In this document: in pieces, positions 59,315 through 64,000 of the stretch
How the letters are laid out: every line of letters begins with the position of its first letter
Numbering within the stretch: position 1 is the first letter of the stretch
Virus record (IMG/VR): IMGVR_UViG_3300032286_000719
Coordinates: 1 to 64,000 of that record
DNA: 64,000 nt
Reading direction: 5' to 3' (one strand)
Origin: a virus
Made by a program: the position numbers and the translations under genes
The notes under the pieces: generated by a model
Databases searched by the model: none
Seen by the model: the letters and a program-made list of their open reading frames with translations, nothing else
Told to the model about the DNA's origin: nothing

Positions 59315-60190
59315 ATGAGTATAGCACCAAGACAAATAGGACAGAGTACAAGAAGTAATCTTCTTTGGCAAATATCTAAACAACTTGAAAGATTGATATG
59401 TGTTAGAGCTGGTGGATGTAATACTACAACTACATCAACAACAACCATAACACCTACCACCACCACTACTACCACTCCTGCTCCAACATCAGAATGGTAT
59501 GAAGTAACTGAGTGTTATACTACAAATGTTATTTATAGTGTTGAGTATCCTGTAGGAACATTTCAATTAAATGATGGTGTTACTTATTATCTTGGTGGTG
59601 ATTGGACAATAACAAATATATTTTATACAGATCCAGGAGGTGCACAATTTGGTTTAAGTAACATATTTCAGATAGGATGTCCAACTACAACCACAACAAC
59701 AACAACAATTACACCATGTATTGAAGTGTCATTTTTAGCTATTACTGATTGTCCTGATTTAGGATATGCTACAGTGGAATACACAGATTGTAATGGAATA
59801 TATCAAACAGGTAATGTTGTTGCTGGAAGTGGAAATTCTTTAAAAGTTTGTACATTAACTGCAGGTATAACTCCTGCATTTACATGTGGAGATGGAGAGA
59901 TTACCTATGGATCAGCTTGTACTACTACAACTACTACTACAGCTGCACCTGTAGTTAATAGCACAAATAAATTTGTTAATTGTGCAGGACCATGTTTTGA
60001 ATCTGAATGTGTACCACTTAATTATTTTAATGTATGGATGACACAAGCATGTATAAATTCATGGCCAACTATTGGTTGTGAAGTATGGTTGGATTCTGAA
60101 GGAACAATACCATTTCCTAGTGGAGCTTATAATAATGGTGAGGGTGGTTGTGTATATATAGAAAATGGCACAATAACTGATATTCCTTAA
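59315..60190 (+). CDS. LLWQISKQL anchor with three small Cys-rich domains separated by Thr linkers
   Basis: The likely start is ATG 59315 (MSIAPRQIGQSTRSNLLWQISKQL); the last domain is paralogous to the C-terminus of 58315. Confidence 0.7.
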   Translation: MSIAPRQIGQSTRSNLLWQISKQLERLICVRAGGCNTTTTSTTTITPTTTTTTTPAPTSEWYEVTECYTTNVIYSVEYPVGTFQLNDGVTYYLGGDWTITNIFYTDPGGAQFGLSNIFQIGCPTTTTTTTTITPCIEVSFLAITDCPDLGYATVEYTDCNGIYQTGNVVAGSGNSLKVCTLTAGITPAFTCGDGEITYGSACTTTTTTTAAPVVNSTNKFVNCAGPCFESECVPLNYFNVWMTQACINSWPTIGCEVWLDSEGTIPFPSGAYNNGEGGCVYIENGTITDIP

Positions 60191-60223
60191 TATAAAAAAA
60201 TAAAAATTAAAACCAACTACATT

Positions 60224-61240
60224 ATGAAAGAATTAAAATTTATCCAAGCTTGTCCTAGTGACATTTATTACACATGGCAAGTGAATCTATGGATGGAGAG
60301 TCTTAAAGAAATAGGACACTCTGACAAAGCAATCAATCTAATCTTTACACCTAAAGGAAGAGAGAATAGAGATAAGTGGAAACAGATAGAAGATCTATAT
60401 CCAGAAGCAGAGTTTCATTATTACGAAGATGAGGATAATCTGAATCGATTGATTGGAATATATATTCCTGTATTAAGACCATACGTTCTTTGGAAACATT
60501 TTAAGAAACATCCAGAACTAAGTGATTGTGCTATATTCTATTGTGATTCAGATATTCTTTTTATGAAAGATTTTAATGTGGATCAGTTTTTGGAAGATGA
60601 TGTTAACTACTTATCAGATACAAACAGTTATATTAACGCTAAGTATTTTGATAGCAAGGTGCATCAAGTGTTACCAGAGAAACTGGAAGAATATAAAGGA
60701 AGAGATGTTCTTGCTGAGATAGCAAGTGTTGTTGGAATAAGCAGAGAAATAGCTGAAGCTAATAATGATCATTCAGGAGGAGCTCAATATCTATTAAAGA
60801 ATGTAGATGCTGACTTCTGGAGTAAGGTGATGAATGATTGTATTCTTATAAGAACCTATTTACAACAAGTGAATAGAGAATTCTTTAAAGATGAGAACAG
60901 TGGATTCCAAAGTTGGTGTGCAGACATGTGGGCTGTTCTTTGGAACATATGGGTTAGAGAAAAAGAAACAAGAGTGGTGCCTGAACTAGCATTTGCTTGG
61001 GCAACAGATCCTATCACAAAACTTGATACCCACACCATCTTTCATAATGCAGGCATAGTGTCTGAGACAGGAAATGGTTATCCAGCTTTCTATAAAGGTA
61101 AATATCACATGGGAACAGATCCAACAAAAGATCCTAACCTAGATATGATTCTTGAGAACGAACAATCAAAAAAATATTGCACGTGGTTTTATGCCACTAA
61201 ACTAAACGAAATCAAAAACAAATATAACCTAGACTATTAA
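60224..61240 (+). CDS. GT-A fold glycosyltransferase resembling peptide O-glycosyltransferases (GT96/GT95-like)
   Basis: IFYCDSDILF (DxD at 60545-60553), YYTWQ, YIPVLRP, GGAQY, WCADMW and a C-terminal IFH. Confidence 0.7.
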   Translation: MKELKFIQACPSDIYYTWQVNLWMESLKEIGHSDKAINLIFTPKGRENRDKWKQIEDLYPEAEFHYYEDEDNLNRLIGIYIPVLRPYVLWKHFKKHPELSDCAIFYCDSDILFMKDFNVDQFLEDDVNYLSDTNSYINAKYFDSKVHQVLPEKLEEYKGRDVLAEIASVVGISREIAEANNDHSGGAQYLLKNVDADFWSKVMNDCILIRTYLQQVNREFFKDENSGFQSWCADMWAVLWNIWVREKETRVVPELAFAWATDPITKLDTHTIFHNAGIVSETGNGYPAFYKGKYHMGTDPTKDPNLDMILENEQSKKYCTWFYATKLNEIKNKYNLDY

Positions 61241-61256
61241 CCCTAAATTTTAAACA

Positions 61257-61490
61257 ATGGGAAGCATTAATTCAAGACCTTTAAAGGCTTTTGTTAGATT
61301 CGATGGATCTGGCAGAATAGTTGCAGGAAGCTTAATCCTTAGAAAAAATAAGCCCAAGGTGGGTAAGTGGAAAGAAATACAAGCATATGAGTGCTGTTTT
61401 CTTACTACCACTACAACCACTACAGTAGCTCCTACTACTACTAGCACAACAACTGCAAGAGCTACAACAACAACTACAACAACAAGATAA
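61257..61490 (+). CDS. Mini-mucin 1: LKAFVRFDGSGRI domain plus Thr tail
   Basis: 77 aa: a domain of about 45 aa ending ECC, then an almost pure Thr tail. Confidence 0.7.
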   Translation: MGSINSRPLKAFVRFDGSGRIVAGSLILRKNKPKVGKWKEIQAYECCFLTTTTTTTVAPTTTSTTTARATTTTTTTR

Positions 61491-61492
61491 TC

Positions 61493-61735
61493 ATGGCTAG
61501 AAATAACAATAACAAGCTTAAAGCTTTTGTACGTTTTGATGGATCAGGACGTATTATACCAAGTAGTTTAATTGTACAAGCATTTAAACCTGCTGTAGGT
61601 AACTATGTAGAGATAGATGCTAAAGAGTGTTGCAACTATACAACCACTACAACATCAACAACTGCTGCCCCTACTACAACTACTACAACTACTGTAGCAC
61701 CAACCACCACTAGTACGACAACACCAGCTCCTTAA
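61493..61735 (+). CDS. Mini-mucin 2: LKAFVRFDGSGRI domain plus Thr tail
   Basis: 80 aa; paralogue of the previous gene. Confidence 0.7.
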   Translation: MARNNNNKLKAFVRFDGSGRIIPSSLIVQAFKPAVGNYVEIDAKECCNYTTTTTSTTAAPTTTTTTTVAPTTTSTTTPAP

Positions 61736-61737
61736 TT

Positions 61738-62154
61738 ATGGCAATGAAATCTATATTTCCAGATGACATGATGAAATCATCAGCATCTGAAGGCTTAACG
61801 TTAGAAAGCATAGCTGCAAAGCTTACTTACTTCCATGAGCAATTACATTTGACTCATTGGCAAACAACTAGTTATGCAGAGCATCAAGCCACAGGAGCAT
61901 TGTATGATTATGTACATGATTTCAAAGATGGATTGGTTGAAAAGATTATGGGATATACAGGTAAAAGACCTGCTCCATATAAAATAGAACCTCTTACAAA
62001 CTGTACAGCTGGTGAGTGCGTTAATAATCTTTTATCTTTTGCATCAGCTTTAAAGATGTATGGTGAGAAGAATGGTTATCATGATGTATGTAATCTAGCA
62101 GATTCATTATCAGGAGAAGCAGCTAAAACTAAATACCTGTTAACATTGTCATAA
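61738..62154 (+). CDS. Ferritin/Dps-like four-helix protein (DUF5856-like)
   Basis: LHLTHWQTTSYAEHQA...YD...DGLVE...KYLLTL. Confidence 0.7.
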   Translation: MAMKSIFPDDMMKSSASEGLTLESIAAKLTYFHEQLHLTHWQTTSYAEHQATGALYDYVHDFKDGLVEKIMGYTGKRPAPYKIEPLTNCTAGECVNNLLSFASALKMYGEKNGYHDVCNLADSLSGEAAKTKYLLTLS

Positions 62155-62441
62155 TGGATATAAACAGAAAACATTTTCCTAAGGTGATGCAAGATAACGA
62201 TGAAGTCTTTCTTGCACACTTAGAAGGTGTTATCTCTTCTGTTGATGAACTATGTAGTCTTGAGATCACAAAGAATCCTGATAACTATAGATTCAGAATA
62301 GCAGCAAGTCATCCAATGTACAACAATATGCTTATAGAAGAAATTCTTAAGTTCTGTAACATGTTCAAGATAAGAGTGGACATGAGCAAATCAATTAAAA
62401 CAACAAGCGTTATTACGTTTGAAATAAACTTAAAAGAATAA
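62154..62441 (+). CDS. Hypothetical protein
   Basis: 95-aa ORF translationally coupled to the previous gene (TAATG). Confidence 0.6.
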   Translation: MDINRKHFPKVMQDNDEVFLAHLEGVISSVDELCSLEITKNPDNYRFRIAASHPMYNNMLIEEILKFCNMFKIRVDMSKSIKTTSVITFEINLKE

Positions 62442-62443
62442 TT

Positions 62444-63016
62444 ATGCCTACATTTATTAAACCTACCCTTTGGGAAAAAAGAACTAATCCTGCACAAGGA
62501 TATAAAGGAGAATTAAACCTTGATCAATTTGTAGAAAATAAAATACCTGCTCCTACGAGTCTGTATTCTGCTACTTTTTTTGATACCACATTACAAACTA
62601 ATGGTGGAGCAACAACAGCTAATCAAGTTTTAATTAATTCAACACAATCTGCTAATGGATTTACATTAGGACCTAATAATAGAGTAAATGTTACTAATGC
62701 AGGAATTTATTATATAGATCTTAGTCTTCAACTTGCATTTACAGGAGGTGCATCAAATTTTAATGTGACAGTATGGTATACAATAAATGATGCAATTGTA
62801 CCTAACTCTGCTTTTACATTTACAACATCATCTCAACAAAATGATCAAACTTTAGCAAGGATAGCAGATACAATAGCATTAACAGCTGGACAATATCTTA
62901 AGTTCTATTGGTGGGCTCCAGCAACTGGTATGCGTTTGTTACCAACTGCTGCAGGAACTAATCCAACAAGACCATTATCACCATCAGTAAACTTTTCTAT
63001 ATTTAATGTTGGATAA
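62444..63016 (+). CDS. C1q/BclA-like trimeric head-domain protein
   Basis: RVNVTNAGIYYIDLSLQL...VWYTIND..VPNS...LTAGQYL TNF-like jelly-roll pattern. Confidence 0.6.
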   Translation: MPTFIKPTLWEKRTNPAQGYKGELNLDQFVENKIPAPTSLYSATFFDTTLQTNGGATTANQVLINSTQSANGFTLGPNNRVNVTNAGIYYIDLSLQLAFTGGASNFNVTVWYTINDAIVPNSAFTFTTSSQQNDQTLARIADTIALTAGQYLKFYWWAPATGMRLLPTAAGTNPTRPLSPSVNFSIFNVG

Positions 63017-63065
63017 TTAAAAAACATTATATACTTTTACTGTTAATTTTAAAACCAATTAAACT

Positions 63066-63320
63066 ATGGCACAGTATGATCCTGCAAAAAGGTACACATG
63101 GACTCCTGAAGACAAATTCACGTTAACAGGACAACAGTTTGGATTAATCCTAAACACAGTTAGATCTTATTTATCATCAGAAGAAGCAGCACGTTTCCAA
63201 TTGATGGTTCAAACTAATCAAGTGATTGAAGAGTTAATGATCCAAGGTGTGGAAGCTGACATCATTAAAGAAGTGATAGAAGAAGCTCCTATAGAAGAAG
63301 TTTCTTCTAAAGATCTTTAA
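63066..63320 (+). CDS. Hypothetical acidic protein
   Basis: 84-aa ORF with an aaaaccaa leader. Confidence 0.6.
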   Translation: MAQYDPAKRYTWTPEDKFTLTGQQFGLILNTVRSYLSSEEAARFQLMVQTNQVIEELMIQGVEADIIKEVIEEAPIEEVSSKDL

Positions 63321-63327
63321 AACAACG

Positions 63328-63358
63328 TAGCTGCTGGGTGAAGAATAGCAGCTGTTTT
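63328..63358 (+). terminator. Weak hairpin / possible terminator
   Basis: tagctgct...agcagctg followed by tttt. Confidence 0.35.
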
Positions 63359-63377
63359 CAAACAAAAGCACTTCTCT

Positions 63378-63578
63378 ATGAGAATATACGAACCAAAGAA
63401 TAGAATAGATGTTATAACGCCTAAGGGAGAAGGTATTATCTGGCTTGTTACAGAATTTGGAACAGAGACAGACACCATCTATACAATTATAATAAACACT
63501 ACAGGTGAGCTGTGGCAATACACTCACAAAGATATAATCGTTAAACCCAATATAACATTTAAACGCTATGGCAAATAA
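63378..63578 (+). CDS. Small hypothetical phage protein
   Basis: 66-aa ORF (V.TPKGEG...GELW...I....N.TF), SH3-like size. Confidence 0.55.
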   Translation: MRIYEPKNRIDVITPKGEGIIWLVTEFGTETDTIYTIIINTTGELWQYTHKDIIVKPNITFKRYGK

Positions 63579-63750
63579 AACAAAAGGTGGAAGTCTATCT
63601 GGACTTAAAGCATCTAACAAAAGAGTTGGTCCTGTAGATCCTAAAGGAGCATTCACAAATGTGCAAAAGAATACATTAGCTGGTGCTACAAGTAAAGCTA
63701 AACTTGTTAAAAATAAACAACTTGGTGCTACCAAGATGAAGAAGAAATAA
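63568..63750 (+). CDS. Small basic protein
   Basis: 60 aa, Lys-rich. Confidence 0.55.
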   Translation: MANKTKGGSLSGLKASNKRVGPVDPKGAFTNVQKNTLAGATSKAKLVKNKQLGATKMKKK

Positions 63751-63753
63751 GTC

Positions 63754-64000
63754 ATGAAAGCTATTAAGAAAGCAGTTAATGGTACTACTACCAAAAAAAC
63801 TACTCTTGATCCTAAGAGTAGAGAGCTTATTGTTAAACAATTTAAAGAGAATCAAATAAAAAAAGATTCTACTTATGAGGCTAATACAAAAAGTAATTTA
63901 GAAAAAAGTATAAAAGATCTTGCATTAAAAGCTCAACAGAAGCAATTAGAAGAAAATAGAAAAGCTAAATTACCTAGACAGAAAAATGGTGGTTCTGTAG
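63754..64000 (+). CDS. Lys-rich protein, truncated by the window end, carrying KAVNG / QKNGG motifs
   Basis: Frame open from ATG 63754 to the window end: MKAIKKAVNGTTT...LPRQKNGGSV. Confidence 0.6.
   Translation, partial: MKAIKKAVNGTTTKKTTLDPKSRELIVKQFKENQIKKDSTYEANTKSNLEKSIKDLALKAQQKQLEENRKAKLPRQKNGGSV

Noticed and set aside
63234-63794. 186-aa minus-strand ORF
   Set aside because: It lies antisense to several plausible plus-strand genes in an otherwise single-strand operon and has no recognisable motifs.
1-64000. Stop-codon reassignment (TAG/TGA), as found in some crAss-like phages
   Set aside because: The standard code gives full-length, tightly packed ORFs up to 4564 aa; genes end almost exclusively in TAA, and no suppressor tRNA was seen.

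Overview
AT-rich (visually about 30% GC), densely coding, all-plus-strand segment of a crAss-like (Crassvirales-type) podovirus genome. The host is probably a Bacteroidota/Flavobacterium-type bacterium: there are no Shine-Dalgarno sites, leaders are A-rich, and TAnnTTTG promoters occur. The window covers the late/virion module in this order: 3' end of the major capsid gene; conserved head/tail-ring/hub genes; a first cluster of Cys-rich, Thr/Ser-linker fibre/decoration genes; a metallophosphoesterase; IHF-like and tail tubular genes; a muzzle/stabilization gene split in two; five giant ejected cargo proteins, including a 4564-aa virion RNA polymerase (DFDID motif) and a protein with a PD-(D/E)xK nuclease domain; a holin/spanin/M15-endolysin lysis cassette; and a second fibre/decoration cluster. 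The most striking feature is that 12 predicted virion-surface proteins carry mucin-like poly-Thr/Ser tracts and are built combinatorially from a few anchor and tip modules. Among them lies a DxD glycosyltransferase whose motifs resemble eukaryotic peptide O-glycosyltransferases (GT96 SERGT1 / GT95 HPAT), suggesting a phage-encoded virion O-glycosylation ('phage mucin') system. Also notable are the recurrent xxxGG motifs delimiting cassettes in the cargo proteins, a structured RNA after the capsid gene, and a palindromic operator at a fixed 68-nt spacing upstream of two promoters. All family assignments come from motif recognition and synteny by eye; no searches were run.
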